Of a stretch of 64,000 nucleotides of DNA, positions 1-19,600 are shown in pieces. The stretch spans positions 39,370,001 to 39,434,000 of the forward strand of contig OZ024755.1 of the NCBI GenBank assembly GCA_964016885.1. Direction: 5' to 3'. This DNA comes from Eledone cirrhosa. Taxonomy: Eukaryota. Position numbers and translations under genes: made by a program. The first letter of the stretch is position 1. Every line of letters starts with the position of its first letter. Below the pieces are notes generated by a model, which saw only the letters and a list, made by a program, of their open reading frames with translations, made no database searches and was not told the origin of the DNA.

Positions 1-3000
1 CCACACTAACAACACTACCTGACACACTAACAACACTACCTGACACACTAACAACACTACCTGACACACTAACAACACTACCTACCACACTAACAACACT
101 ACCTGACACACTAACAACACTACCTGACACACTAACAACACTACCTGACACACTAACAACACTACCTGACACACTAACAACACTACCTGACACACTAACA
201 ACACTACCTGACACACTAACAACACTACCTGACACACTAACATCACTACCTGACACACTAACAACACTACCAATCACACTAACAACACTACCTGACACAC
301 TAACAACACTACCTGACACACTAACAACACTACCTGCCACACTAACAACACTAGCTATCACACTAACAACACTACCTGACACACTAACAACACTACCTGA
401 CACACTAACAACACTACCTGACACACTAACAACACTACCTGACACACTAACAACACTACCTGACACACTAACAACACTACCTGACACACTAACAACATTA
501 CCTGACACACAAACAACACTACCTGACACACTAACAACACTAGCTATCACACTAACAACACTACCTGACACACTAACAACACTACCTGACACACTAACAA
601 CACTACCTGACACACTAACATCACTACCTGACACACTAACAACACTACATGACACACTAACAACACTACCTGACATACTAACAACACTACCTGACACACT
701 AACAACACTACCTGACACACTAACAACATTACCTGACACACAAACAACACTACCTGACACACTAACAACACTAGCTATCACACTAACAACACTACCTGAC
801 ACACTAACAACACTACCTGACACACTAACAACACTACCTGACACACTAACAACACTACCTGACACACTAACAACATTACCTGACACACAAACAACACTAC
901 CTGACACACTAACAACACTAGCTATCACACTAACAACACTACCTGACACACTAACAACACTACCTGACACACTAACAACACTACCTGACACACTAACAAC
1001 ACTACCTGCCACACTAACAACACTACCTGACACACAAACAACACTACCTGACACACTAACAACACTACCTGAAACATTAACAACACTACCTGACACACTA
1101 ACAACACTACCTGACACACTAACAACACTACCTACCACACTAACAACACTACCTGACACACTAACAACACTACCTGACACACTAACAACACTACCTGACA
1201 CACTAACAACACTACCTGACACACTAACAACACTACCTGCCACACTAACAACACTACCTGACACACAAACAACACTACCTGACACACTAACAACACTACC
1301 TGAAACATTAACAACACTACCTGACACACTAACAACACTACCTGACACACTAACAACACTACCTGACACACTAACAACACTACCTGACACACTAACAACA
1401 CTACCTGACACACTATCAACACTACCTGACACACTATCAACACTGCCTGACACACTAACAACACTGCCTGACACACTAACAACACTACCTGACACACTAA
1501 CAACACTACCTGACACACTAACAACACTGCCTGACACACTAACAACACTACCTGACACACTAACAACACTGCCTGACACACTAACAACACTACCTGACAC
1601 ACTAGCAACACTACCTGACACACTAACAACACTACCTGACACACTAACAACACTACCTGACACACTAACAACACTACCTGACACACTAACAACACTGCCT
1701 GACACACTAGCAACACTACCTGACACACTAACAACACTACCTGACACACTAACAACACTGCCTGACACACTAACAACACTACCTGACACACTAGCAACAC
1801 TACCTGACACACTAACAACACTACCTGACACACTAACAACACTACCTGACACACTAACAACACTACCTGACACACTAACAACACTGCCTGACACACTAGC
1901 AACACTACCTGACACACTAACAACACTACCTGACACACTAACAACACTGCCTGACACACTAACAACACTACCTGACACACTAGCAACACTACCTGACACA
2001 CTAACAACACTACCTGACACACTAACAACACTACCTGACACACTAACAACACTACCTGACACACTAACAACACTGCCTGACACACTAGCAACACTACCTG
2101 ACACACTAACAACACTACCTGACACACTAACAACACTGCCTGACACACTAACAACACTACCTGACACACTAGCAACACTACCTGACACACTAACAACACT
2201 ACCTACCACACTAACAACACTTCCTGACACACTAACAACACTACCTGACACACTAACAGCATTACCTGACACACTAACAACACTACCTGACACACTAACA
2301 ACACTAGCTATCACACTAACAACACTACCTGACACACTAACAACACTACCTGCCACACTAACAACACTACCTGACACACTAACAACACTACCTGACACAC
2401 TAACAACACTAGCTATCACACTAACAACACTACCTGACACACTAACAACACTACCTGCCACACTAACAACACTACCTGACACACTAACAACACTACCTGA
2501 CACACTAACCACACTAGCTATCACACTAACAACACTACCTGACACACTAACAACACTACCTGACACACTAACAACACTAGCTATCACACTAACAACACTA
2601 CCTGACACACTAACAACACTACCTGACACACTAACAACACTACCTGACACACTAACAACACTACCTGACACACTAACAACACTACCTGACACACTAACAA
2701 CACTAGCTATCACACTAACAACACTACCTGACACAATAACAACACTACCTGACACACTAACAACACTAGCTATCACACTAACAACACTACCTGACACACT
2801 AACAACACTACCTGACACACTAACAACACTACCTGACACACTAACAACACTACCTGACACACTAACAACACAACCTGCCACACTAACAACACTACCTGAC
2901 ACACTAACAACACTACCTGACACACTAACAACACTAGCTATCACACTAGCAACACTACCTGACACACTAACAACACTACCTGCCACACTAACAACACTAC

Positions 3001-4199
3001 CTGACACACTAACAACACTACCTGACACACTAACAACACTACCTGACACACTAACAACACTACCTGACACTCTAACAACACTACCTGACACACTAACAAC
3101 ACTACCTGTCATACTAACAACACAACCTGACACACTAACAACACTACCTGACACACTAACAACACTAGCTATCATACTAACAACACTACCTGACACACTA
3201 ACAACACTACCTGACACACTAACAACACTACCTGACACACTAACAACACTACCTGACACACTAACAACACTACCTGACACACTAACAACACTACCTGACA
3301 CACTAACAACACTACCTGACACTCTAACAACACTACCTGACACACTAACAACACTACCTGACACACTAACAACACTACCTGACACACTAACAACACACCT
3401 GACACACTAACAACACTACCTGACACACTAACAACACTACCTGACACACTAACAACACTGCCTGACACATTAACAACACACCTGACACACTAACAACACT
3501 ACCTGACACACTAACAACACTACCTGACACACTAACAACACTACCTGACACACTAACAACACTGCCTGACACACTAACAACACACCTGACACACTAACAA
3601 CACTACCTGACACACTAACAACACTACCTGACACACTAACAACACTACCTGACACACTAACAACACACCTGACACACTAACAACAGACCTGACACACTAA
3701 CAACACTACCTGACACACTAACAACACTACCTGACACACTAACAACATTACCTGACACACTAACAACACTACCTGACACACTATCAACACTACCTGACAC
3801 ACTAACAACACTACCTGACACACTAACAACACTACCTGACACACTAACAACACTGCCTGACACACTAACAACACTGCCTGACACACTAACAGCACTACCT
3901 GACACACTAACAACACTGCCTGACACACTAACAACACTACCTGACACACTAACAACACTGCCTGACACACTAACAACACTACCTGATACACTAACAACAC
4001 TACCTGACACACTAACAACACTACCTGACACACTAACAACACTACCTGACACACTAACAACACTATCTGACACACTAACAACACTGCCTGACACACTAAC
4101 AACACTACCTGACACACTAACAACACTGCCTGACACACTAACAACAATACCTGACACACTAGCAACACTACCTGACACACTAACAACACTACCTGACAC

Positions 4200-7100
4200 A
4201 CTAACAACACTACCTGACACATTAACAACACTGCCTGACACACTATCAACACTACCTGACACACTAACAACACTACCTGACACACTAACAACACTACCTG
4301 ACACACTAACAACACTGCCTGACACACTAACAACACTACCTGACACACTAGCAACACTACCTGACACACTAACAACACTACCTGACACACTAGCAACACT
4401 ACCTGACACACTAACAACACTACCTGACATACTAAAAACACTACCTGACACACTAACAACACTGCCTGACACACTAACAACACTGCCTGACAAACTAACA
4501 ACACTACCTGCCACACTAACAACACTACCAATCACACTAACAACACTACCTGACACACTAACAACACTACCTGACACACTAACAACACTACCTGCCACAC
4601 TAACAACACTACCTGCCACACTAACAACACTACCTGACACACTAACAACACTACCTGACACACTAACAACATTACCTGACACACTAACAACACTACCTGA
4701 CACACTATCAACACTACCTGACACACTAACAACACTAACTGACACACTAACAACACTACCTGACACACTAACAACACTGCCTGACACACTAACAACACTG
4801 CCTGACACACTAACAACACTACCTGACACACTATCAACACTGCCTGACACACTAACAACACTGCCTGACACACTAACAACACTACCTGACACACTAACAA
4901 CACTACCTGACACACTAACAACACTACCTGACACACTAACAACACTACCTGACACACTAACAACACTGCCTAACACACTAACAACACTACCTGACACACT
5001 AACAACACTACCTGACACACTAACAACACTGCCTGACACACTAACAACACTACCTGACACACTAACAACACTACCTACCACACTAACAACACTACCTGAC
5101 ACACTAACAACACTACCTGACACACTAACAACACTACCTGACACACTAACAACACTACCTACCACACTAACAACACTACCTGACACACTAACAACACTGC
5201 CTGACACACTAACAACACTACCTGACACACTAACAACACTGCCTGACACACTAACAACACTACCTGACACACTAACAACACTGCCTGACACGATAACAAC
5301 ACTACCTGACACACTAACAACACTACCTGACACACTAACAACACTACCTGACACACTAACAACACTGCCTGACACACTAACAACACTACCTGACACACTA
5401 ACAACACTATCTGACACACTAACAACACTACCTGACACACTAACAACACTACCTGACACACTAACAACACTGCCTGACACACTAACAACACTACCTGACA
5501 AACTAGCAACACTACCTGACACACTAACAACACTGCCTGACACACTAACAACACTGCCTGACACACTAACAACACTACCTGACACACTAGCAACACTACC
5601 TGACACACTAACAACACTACCTGACACACTAACAACACTGCCTGACACACTAACAACACTGCCTGACACACTAACAACACTGCCTGACACACTAACAACA
5701 CTACCTGACACACTAACAACACTACCTGACACACTAACAACATTACCTGACACACTAGCAACACTACCTGACACACTAACAACACTGCCTGACACACTAA
5801 CAACACTACCTGACACACTAACAACACTGCCTGACACACTAACAACACTACCTGACACACTAACAACATTACCTGACACACTAACAACACTACCTGACAC
5901 ACTAACAACACTGCCTGACACACTAACAACACTACCTGACACACTAACAACACTACCTGACACACTAACAACACTACCTGACACACTAACAACACTACCT
6001 GACACACTAACAACACTGCCTGACACACTAACAACACTACCTGACACACTAACAACACTGCCTGACACACTAACAACACTACCTAACACACTAGCAACAC
6101 TACCTGACACACTAACAACACTACCTGACACACTAACAACACTGCCTGACACACTAACAACACTGCCTGACACACTAACAACACTGCCTGACACACTAAC
6201 AACACTGCCTGACACACTAACAACACTACCTGACACACTAACAACACTACCTGACACACTAACAACACTACCTGACACACTAGCAACACTACCTGACACA
6301 CTAACAACACTACCTGACACACTAACAACACTGCCTGACACACTAACAACACTACCTGACACACTAGCAACACTACCTGACACACTAACAACTCTGCCTG
6401 ACACACTAACAACACTGCCTGACACACTAACAACACTACCTGACACACTAACAACACTACCTGACACACTAACAACACTGCCTGACACACTAACAACACT
6501 GCCTGACACACTAACAACACTACCTGACACACTAACAACACTACCTGACACACTAGCAACACTACCTGACACACTAACAACACTACCTGACACACTAACA
6601 ACACTGCCTGACACACTAACAACACTGCCTGACACACTAACAACACTACCTGACACACTAGCAACACTACCTGACACACTAACAACACTGCCTGACACAC
6701 TAACAACACTGCCTGACACACTAACAACACTACCTGACACACTAACAACACTACCTGACACACTAACAACACTACCTGACACACTAACAACATTACCTGA
6801 CACACAAACAACACTACCTGACACACTAACAACACTAGCTATCACACTAACAACACTACCTGACACACTAACAACACTACCTGACACACTAACAACACTA
6901 CCTGACACACTAACAACACTACCTGACACACTAACAACATTACCTGACACACAAACAACACTACCTGACACACTAACAACACTAGCTATCACACTAACAA
7001 CACTACCTGACACACTAACAACACTACCTGACACACTAACAACACTACCTGACACACTAACAACACTACCTGCCACACTAACAACACTACCTGACACACA

Positions 7101-10100
7101 AACAACACTACCTGACACACTAACAACACTACCTGAAACATTAACAACACTACCTGACACACTAACAACACTACCTGACACACTAACAACACTACCTGAC
7201 ACACTAACAACACTACCTACCACACTAACAACACTACCTGACACACTAACAACACTACCTGACACACTAACAACACTACCTGACACACTAACAACACTAC
7301 CTGCCACACTAACAACACTACCTGACACACTAACAACACTACCTGACACACTAACAACACTACCTGACACACTAACAACACTACCTGACACACTAACAAC
7401 ACTACCTGACACACTAACAACACTACCTGACACACTAACAACACTACCTGACACACTAACAACAATACCTGACACACTAACAACACTACCTGACACACTA
7501 ACAAAACTACCTGACACACTAACAACACTACCTGACACACTAACAACACTACCTGACACACTAACAACACTACCTGACACACTAACAACACTACCTGACA
7601 CACTAACAACACTACCTGACACACTAACAACACTACCTGACACACTAGCAACACTACCTGACACACTAACAACACTACCTGACACACTAACAACACTACC
7701 TGACACACTAACAACACTACCTGACACACTAACAACACTACCTGACACACTAGCAACACTACATGACACACTAACAACACTACCTGCCACACTAACAACA
7801 CTACCTACCGCACTAACAACACTGCCTGACACACTAACAACACTACCTGACACACTAACAACACTACCTGACACACTAACAACACTACCTACCACACTAA
7901 CAACACTTCCTGACACACTAACAACACTACCTGACACACTAACAGCATTACCTGACACACTAACAACACTACCTGACACACTAACAACACTAGCTATCAC
8001 ACTAACAACACTACCTGACACACTAACAACACTACCTGCCACACTAACAACACTACCTGACACACTAACAACACTACCTGACACACTAACAACACTAGCT
8101 ATCACACTAACAACACTACCTGACACACTAACAACACTACCTGCCACACTAACAACACTACCTGACACACTAACAACACTAGCTATCATACTAACAACAC
8201 TACCTGACACACTAACAACACTACCTGACACACTAACAACACTACCTGACACACTAACAACACTACCTGACACACTAACAACACTAACAACACTTCCTGA
8301 CACACTAACAACACTACCTGACACACTAACAGCATTACCTGACACACTAACAACACTACCTGACACACTAACAACACTAGCTATCACACTAACAACACTA
8401 CCTGACACACTAACAACACTACCTGCCACACTAACAACACTACCTGACACACTAACAACACTACCTGACACACTAACAACACTAGCTATCACACTAACAA
8501 CACTACCTGACACACTAACAACACTACCTGCCACACTAACAACACTACCTGACACACTAACAACACTACCTGACACACTAACAACACTAGCTATCACACT
8601 AACAACACTACCTGACACACTAACAACACTACCTGACACACTAACAACACTAGCTATCACACTAACAACACTACCTGACACACTAACAACACTACCTGAC
8701 ACACTAACAACACTACCTGACACACTAACAACACTACCTGACACACTAACAACACTACCTGACACACTAACAACACTACCTGACACACTAACAACACTAG
8801 CTATCACACTAACAACACTACCTGACACACTAACAACACTACCTGACACACTAACAACACTAGCTATCACACTAACAACACTACCTGACACACTAACAAC
8901 ACTACCTGCCACACTAACAACACTACCTGACACACTAACAACACTACCTGACACATTAACAACACTGCCTGACACACTATCAACACTACCTGACACACTA
9001 ACAACACTACCTGACACACTAACAACACTACCTGACACACTAACAACACTGCCTGACACACTAACAACACTACCTGACACACTAGCAACACTACCTGACA
9101 CACTAACAACACTACCTGACACACTAGCAACACTACCTGACACACTAACAACACTACCTGACATACTAAAAACACTACCTGACACACTAACAACACTGCC
9201 TGACACACTAACAACACTGCCTGACAAACTAACAACACTACCTGCCACACTAACAACACTACCAATCACACTAACAACACTACCTGACACACTAACAACA
9301 CTACCTGACACACTAACAACACTACCTGCCACACTAACAACACTACCTGCCACACTAACAACACTACCTGACACACTAACAACACTACCTGACACACTAA
9401 CAACATTACCTGACACACTAACAACACTACCTGACACACTATCAACACTACCTGACACACTAACAACACTAACTGACACACTAACAACACTACCTGACAC
9501 ACTAACAACACTGCCTGACACACTAACAACACTGCCTGACACACTAACAACACTACCTGACACACTATCAACACTGCCTGACACACTAACAACACTGCCT
9601 GACACACTAACAACACTACCTGACACACTAACAACACTACCTGACACACTAACAACACTACCTGACACACTAACAACACTACCTGACACACTAACAACAC
9701 TGCCTAACACACTAACAACACTACCTGACACACTAACAACACTACCTGACACACTAACAACACTGCCTGACACACTAACAACACTACCTGACACACTAAC
9801 AACACTACCTACCACACTAACAACACTACCTGACACACTAACAACACTACCTGACACACTAACAACACTACCTGACACACTAACAACACTACCTACCACA
9901 CTAACAACACTACCTGACACACTAACAACACTGCCTGACACACTAACAACACTACCTGACACACTAACAACACTGCCTGACACACTAACAACACTACCTG
10001 ACACACTAACAACACTGCCTGACACGATAACAACACTACCTGACACACTAACAACACTACCTGACACACTAACAACACTACCTGACACACTAACAACACT

Positions 10101-13100
10101 GCCTGACACACTAACAACACTACCTGACACACTAACAACACTATCTGACACACTAACAACACTACCTGACACACTAACAACACTACCTGACACACTAACA
10201 ACACTGCCTGACACACTAACAACACTACCTGACAAACTAGCAACACTACCTGACACACTAACAACACTGCCTGACACACTAACAACACTGCCTGACACAC
10301 TAACAACACTACCTGACACACTAGCAACACTACCTGACACACTAACAACACTACCTGACACACTAACAACACTGCCTGACACACTAACAACACTGCCTGA
10401 CACACTAACAACACTGCCTGACACACTAACAACACTACCTGACACACTAACAACACTACCTGACACACTAACAACATTACCTGACACACTAGCAACACTA
10501 CCTGACACACTAACAACACTGCCTGACACACTAACAACACTAACAACACTACCTGACACACTAACAACACTGCCTGACACACTAACAACACTACCTGACA
10601 CACTAACAACATTACCTGACACACTAACAACACTACCTGACACACTAACAACACTGCCTGACACACTAACAACACTACCTGACACACTAACAACACTACC
10701 TGACACACTAACAACACTACCTGACACACTAACAACACTACCTGACACACTAACAACACTGCCTGACACACTAACAACACTACCTGACACACTAACAACA
10801 CTGCCTGACACACTAACAACACTACCTAACACACTAGCAACACTACCTGACACACTAACAACACTACCTGACACACTAACAACACTGCCTGACACACTAA
10901 CAACACTGCCTGACACACTAACAACACTGCCTGACACACTAACAACACTGCCTGACACACTAACAACACTACCTGACACACTAACAACACTACCTGACAC
11001 ACTAACAACACTACCTGACACACTAGCAACACTACCTGACACACTAACAACACTACCTGACACACTAACAACACTGCCTGACACACTAACAACACTACCT
11101 GACACACTAGCAACACTACCTGACACACTAACAACTCTGCCTGACACACTAACAACACTGCCTGACACACTAACAACACTACCTGACACACTAACAACAC
11201 TACCTGACACACTAACAACACTGCCTGACACACTAACAACACTGCCTGACACACTAACAACACTACCTGACACACTAACAACACTACCTGACACACTAGC
11301 AACACTACCTGACACACTAACAACACTACCTGACACACTAACAACACTGCCTGACACACTAACAACACTGCCTGACACACTAACAACACTACCTGACACA
11401 CTAGCAACACTACCTGACACACTAACAACACTGCCTGACACACTAACAACACTGCCTGACACACTAACAACACTACCTGACACACTAACAACACTACCTG
11501 ACACACTAACAACACTACCTGACACACTAACAACATTACCTGACACACAAACAACACTACCTGACACACTAACAACACTAGCTATCACACTAACAACACT
11601 ACCTGACACACTAACAACACTACCTGACACACTAACAACACTACCTGACACACTAACAACACTACCTGACACACTAACAACATTACCTGACACACAAACA
11701 ACACTACCTGACACACTAACAACACTAGCTATCACACTAACAACACTACCTGACACACTAACAACACTACCTGACACACTAACAACACTACCTGACACAC
11801 TAACAACACTACCTGCCACACTAACAACACTACCTGACACACAAACAACACTACCTGACACACTAACAACACTACCTGAAACATTAACAACACTACCTGA
11901 CACACTAACAACACTACCTGACACACTAACAACACTACCTGACACACTAACAACACTACCTACCACACTAACAACACTACCTGACACACTAACAACACTA
12001 CCTGACACACTAACAACACTACCTGACACACTAACAACACTACCTGCCACACTAACAACACTACCTGACACACTAACAACACTACCTGACACACTAACAA
12101 CACTACCTGACACACTAACAACACTACCTGACACACTAACAACACTACCTGACACACTAACAACACTACCTGACACACTAACAACACTACCTGACACACT
12201 AACAACAATACCTGACACACTAACAACACTACCTGACACACTAACAAAACTACCTGACACACTAACAACACTACCTGACACACTAACAACACTACCTGAC
12301 ACACTAACAACACTACCTGACACACTAACAACACTACCTGACACACTAACAACACTACCTGACACACTAACAACACTACCTGACACACTAGCAACACTAC
12401 CTGACACACTAACAACACTACCTGACACACTAACAACACTACCTGACACACTAACAACACTACCTGACACACTAACAACACTACCTGACACACTAGCAAC
12501 ACTACATGACACACTAACAACACTACCTGCCACACTAACAACACTACCTACCACACTAACAACACTGCCTGACACACTAACAACACTACCTGACACACTA
12601 ACAACACTACCTGACACACTAACAACACTACCTACCACACTAACAACACTTCCTGACACACTAACAACACTACCTGACACACTAACAGCATTACCTGACA
12701 CACTAACAACACTACCTGACACACTAACAACACTAGCTATCACACTAACAACACTACCTGACACACTAACAACACTACCTGCCACACTAACAACACTACC
12801 TGACACACTAACAACACTACCTGACACACTAACAACACTAGCTATCACACTAACAACACTACCTGACACACTAACAACACTACCTGCCACACTAACAACA
12901 CTACCTGACACACTAACAACACTAGCTATCATACTAACAACACTACCTGACACACTAACAACACTACCTGACACACTAACAACACTACCTGACACACTAA
13001 CAACACTACCTGACACACTAACAACACTAACAACACTTCCTGACACACTAACAACACTACCTGACACACTAACAGCATTACCTGACACACTAACAACACT

Positions 13101-13680
13101 ACCTGACACACTAACAACACTAGCTATCACACTAACAACACTACCTGACACACTAACAACACTACCTGCCACACTAACAACACTACCTGACACACTAACA
13201 ACACTACCTGACACACTAACAACACTAGCTATCACACTAACAACACTACCTGACACACTAACAACACTACCTGCCACACTAACAACACTACCTGACACAC
13301 TAACAACACTACCTGACACACTAACAACACTAGCTATCACACTAACAACACTACCTGACACACTAACAACACTACCTGACACACTAACAACACTAGCTAT
13401 CACACTAACAACACTACCTGACACACTAACAACACTACCTGACACACTAACAACACTACCTGACACACTAACAACACTACCTGACACACTAACAACACTA
13501 CCTGACACACTAACAACACTAGCTATCACACTAACAACACTACCTGACACACTAACAACACTACCTGACACACTAACAACACTAGCTATCACACTAACAA
13601 CACTACCTGACACACTAACAACACTACCTGCCACACTAACAACACTACCTGACACACTAACAACACTACCTGACACACTA
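4200..13680. repeat. Higher-order tandem duplication within the satellite, 2 x ~4.74 kb (boundaries approximate)
   Basis: Matching variant-defined ORFs recur at fixed offsets: 4532/9266 and 5159/9893 (4734 = 225x21+9); 6083/10826, 7217/11960 and 8186/12929 (4743). Confidence 0.9.
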
Positions 13681-16600
13681 ACAACACTACCTGACACACT
13701 AACAACACTACCTGACACTCTAACAACACTACCTGACACACTAACAACACTACCTGTCATACTAACAACACTACCTGACACACTAACAACACTACCTGAC
13801 ACACTAACAACACTAGCTATCATACTAACAACACTACCTGACACACTAACAACACTACCTGACACACTAACAACACTACCTGACACACTAACAACACTAC
13901 CTGACACACTAACAACACTACCTGACACACTAACAACACTACCTGACACACTAACAACACTACCTGACACTCTAACAACACTACCTGACACACTAACAAC
14001 ACTACCTGACACACTAACAACACTACCTGACACACTAACAACACACCTGACACACTAACAACACTACCTGACACACTAACAACACTACCTGACACACTAA
14101 CAACACTGCCTGACACATTAACAACACACCTGACACACTAACAACACTACCTGACACACTAACAACACTACCTGACACACTAACAACACTACCTGACACA
14201 CTAACAACACTGCCTGACACACTAACAACACACCTGACACACTAACAACACTACCTGACACACTAACAACACTACCTGACACACTAACAACACTACCTGA
14301 CACACTAACAACACACCTGACACACTAACAACACACCTGACACACTAACAACACTACCTGACACACTAACAACACTACCTGACACACTAACAACACTACC
14401 TGACACACTAACAACATTACCTGACACACTAACAACACTACCTGACACACTATCAACACTACCTGACACACTAACAACACTACATGACACACTAACAACA
14501 CTACCTGACACACTAACAACACTGCCTGACACACTAACAACACTGCCTGACACACTAACAGCACTACCTGACACACTAACAACACTGCCTGACACACTAA
14601 CAACACTACCTGACACACTAACAACAGTGCTTGACACACTAACAACACTACCTGACACACTAACAACACTACCTGATACACTAACAAAACTACCTGACAC
14701 ACTAACAACACTACCTGACACACTAACAACACTACCTGACACACTAACAACACTGCCTGACACACTAACAACACTACCTGACACACTAACAACACTGCCT
14801 GACACACTAACAACACTACCTGACACACTAGCAACACTATCTGACACACTAACAACACTACCTGACACACTAACAACACTACCTGACACACTAACAACAC
14901 TGCCTGACACACTATCAACACTACCTGACACACTAGCAACACTACCTGACACACTAACAACACTACCTGACATACTAACAACACTACCTGACACACTAAC
15001 AACACTGCCTGACACACTAACAACACTGCCTGACAAACTAACAACACTACCTGACACACTAACAACACTACCTGACACACTAACAACATTACCTGACACA
15101 CTAACAACACTACCTGACACACTATCAACACTACCTGACACACTAACAACACTAACTGACACACTAACAACACTACCTGACACACTAACAACACTGCCTG
15201 ACACACTAACAACACTGCCTGACACACTAACAACACTACCTGACACACTAACAACACTGCCTGACACACTAACAACACTACCTGACACACTAACAACACT
15301 GCCTGACACACTAACAACACTACCTGACACACTAACAACACTACCTGACACACTAACAACACTACCTGACACACTAACAACACTACCTGACACACTAACA
15401 ACACTGCCTAACACACTAACAACACTACCTGACACACTAACAACACTACCTGACACACTAACGACACTGCCTGACACACTAACAACACTACCTGACACAC
15501 TAACAACACTACCTACCACACTAACAACACTACCTGACACACTAACAACACTACCTGACTCACTAACAACACTACCTGACACACTAACAACACTACCTAC
15601 CACACTAACAACACTACCTGACACACTAACAACACTGACTGACACACTAACAACACTACCTGACACACTAACAACACTGCCTGACACACTAACAACACTA
15701 CCTGACACACTAACAACACTGCCTAACACACTAACAACACTACCTGACACACTAACAACACTACCTGACACACTAACAACACTACCTGACACACTAACAA
15801 CACTACCTGACACACTAACAACACTGCCTGACACACTAACAACACTACCTGACACACTAACAACACTATCTGACACACTAACAACACTACCTGACACACT
15901 AACAACACTACCTGACACACTAACAACACTGCCTGACACACTAACAACACTACATGACACACTAGCAACACTACCTGACACACTAACAACACTGCCTGAC
16001 ACACTAACAACACTACCTGACACACTAGCAACACTACCTGACACACTAACAACACTACCTGACACACTAACAACACTGCCTGACACACTAACAACACTGC
16101 CTGACACACTAACAACACTGCCTGACACACTAACAACACTACCTGACAGACTAACAACACTACCTGACACACTAACAACACTACCTGACACACTAACGAC
16201 ACTACCTGACACACTAACAACACTACCTGACACACTAACAACACTACCTGACACACTAACAACACTGCCTGACACACTAACAACACTACCTGACACACTA
16301 ACAACACTGCCTGACACACTAACAACACTGCCTGACACACTAACAACACTACCTGACACACTAACAACATTACCTGACACACTAGCAACACTACCTGACA
16401 CACTAACAACACTGCCTGACACACTAACAACACTACCTGACACACTAACAACACTGCCTGACACACTAACAACACTACCTGACACACTAACAACATTACC
16501 TGACACACTAACAACACTACCTGACACACTAACAACACTGCCTGACACACTAACAACACTACCTGACACACTAACAACACTACCTGACACACTAACAACA

Positions 16601-19600
16601 CTACCTGACACACTAACAACACTACCTGACACACTAACAACACTACCTGACACACTAACAACACTAGCTATCACACTAACAACACTACCTGACACACTAA
16701 CAACACTACCTGACACACTAACAACACTACCTGACACACTAACAACACTACCTGACACACTAACAACACTACCTGACACACTAACAACACTACCTGACAC
16801 ACTAACAACACTAGCTATCACACTAACAACACTACCTGACACACTAACAACACTACCTGACACACTAACAACACTACCTGACACACTAACAACACTACCT
16901 GACACACTAACAACACTACCTGACACACTAACAACACTAGCTATCACACTAACAACACTACCTGACACACTAACAACACTACCTGACACACTAACAACAC
17001 TAGCTATCACACTAACAACACTACCTGACACACTAACAACACTACCTGCCACACTAACAACACTACCTGACACACTAACAACACTACCTGACACACTAAC
17101 AACACTACCTGACACACTAACAACACTACCTGACACTCTAACAACACTACCTGACACACTAACAACACTACCTGTCATACTAACAACACTACCTGACACA
17201 CTAACAACACTACCTGACACACTAACAACACTAGCTATCATACTAACAACACTACCTGACACACTAACAACACTACCTGACACACTAACAACACTACCTG
17301 ACACACTAACAACACTACCTGACACACTAACAACACTACCTGACACACTAACAACACTACCTGACACACTAACAACACTACCTGACACTCTAACAACACT
17401 ACCTGACACACTAACAACACTACCTGACACACTAACAACACTACCTGACACACTAACAACACACCTGACACACTAACAACACTACCTGACACACTAACAA
17501 CACTACCTGACACACTAACAACACTGCCTGACACATTAACAACACACCTGACACACTAACAACACTACCTGACACACTAACAACACTACCTGACACACTA
17601 ACAACACTACCTGACACACTAACAACACTGCCTGACACACTAACAACACACCTGACACACTAACAACACTACCTGACACACTAACAACACTACCTGACAC
17701 ACTAACAACACTACCTGACACACTAACAACACACCTGACACACTAACAACACACCTGACACACTAACAACACTACCTGACACACTAACAACACTACCTGA
17801 CACACTAACAACACTACCTGACACACTAACAACATTACCTGACACACTAACAACACTACCTGACACACTATCAACACTACCTGACACACTAACAACACTA
17901 CATGACACACTAACAACACTACCTGACACACTAACAACACTGCCTGACACACTAACAACACTGCCTGACACACTAACAGCACTACCTGACACACTAACAA
18001 CACTGCCTGACACACTAACAACACTACCTGACACACTAACAACAGTGCTTGACACACTAACAACACTACCTGACACACTAACAACACTACCTGATACACT
18101 AACAAAACTACCTGACACACTAACAACACTACCTGACACACTAACAACACTACCTGACACACTAACAACACTGCCTGACACACTAACAACACTACCTGAC
18201 ACACTAACAACACTGCCTGACACACTAACAACACTACCTGACACACTAGCAACACTATCTGACACACTAACAACACTACCTGACACACTAACAACACTAC
18301 CTGACACACTAACAACACTGCCTGACACACTATCAACACTACCTGACACACTAGCAACACTACCTGACACACTAACAACACTACCTGACATACTAACAAC
18401 ACTACCTGACACACTAACAACACTGCCTGACACACTAACAACACTGCCTGACAAACTAACAACACTACCTGACACACTAACAACACTACCTGACACACTA
18501 ACAACATTACCTGACACACTAACAACACTACCTGACACACTATCAACACTACCTGACACACTAACAACACTAACTGACACACTAACAACACTACCTGACA
18601 CACTAACAACACTGCCTGACACACTAACAACACTGCCTGACACACTAACAACACTACCTGACACACTAACAACACTGCCTGACACACTAACAACACTACC
18701 TGACACACTAACAACACTGCCTGACACACTAACAACACTACCTGACACACTAACAACACTACCTGACACACTAACAACACTACCTGACACACTAACAACA
18801 CTACCTGACACACTAACAACACTGCCTAACACACTAACAACACTACCTGACACACTAACAACACTACCTGACACACTAACGACACTGCCTGACACACTAA
18901 CAACACTACCTGACACACTAACAACACTACCTACCACACTAACAACACTACCTGACACACTAACAACACTACCTGACTCACTAACAACACTACCTGACAC
19001 ACTAACAACACTACCTACCACACTAACAACACTACCTGACACACTAACAACACTGACTGACACACTAACAACACTACCTGACACACTAACAACACTGCCT
19101 GACACACTAACAACACTACCTGACACACTAACAACACTGCCTAACACACTAACAACACTACCTGACACACTAACAACACTACCTGACACACTAACAACAC
19201 TACCTGACACACTAACAACACTACCTGACACACTAACAACACTGCCTGACACACTAACAACACTACCTGACACACTAACAACACTATCTGACACACTAAC
19301 AACACTACCTGACACACTAACAACACTACCTGACACACTAACAACACTGCCTGACACACTAACAACACTACATGACACACTAGCAACACTACCTGACACA
19401 CTAACAACACTGCCTGACACACTAACAACACTACCTGACACACTAGCAACACTACCTGACACACTAACAACACTACCTGACACACTAACAACACTGCCTG
19501 ACACACTAACAACACTGCCTGACACACTAACAACACTGCCTGACACACTAACAACACTACCTGACAGACTAACAACACTACCTGACACACTAACAACACT

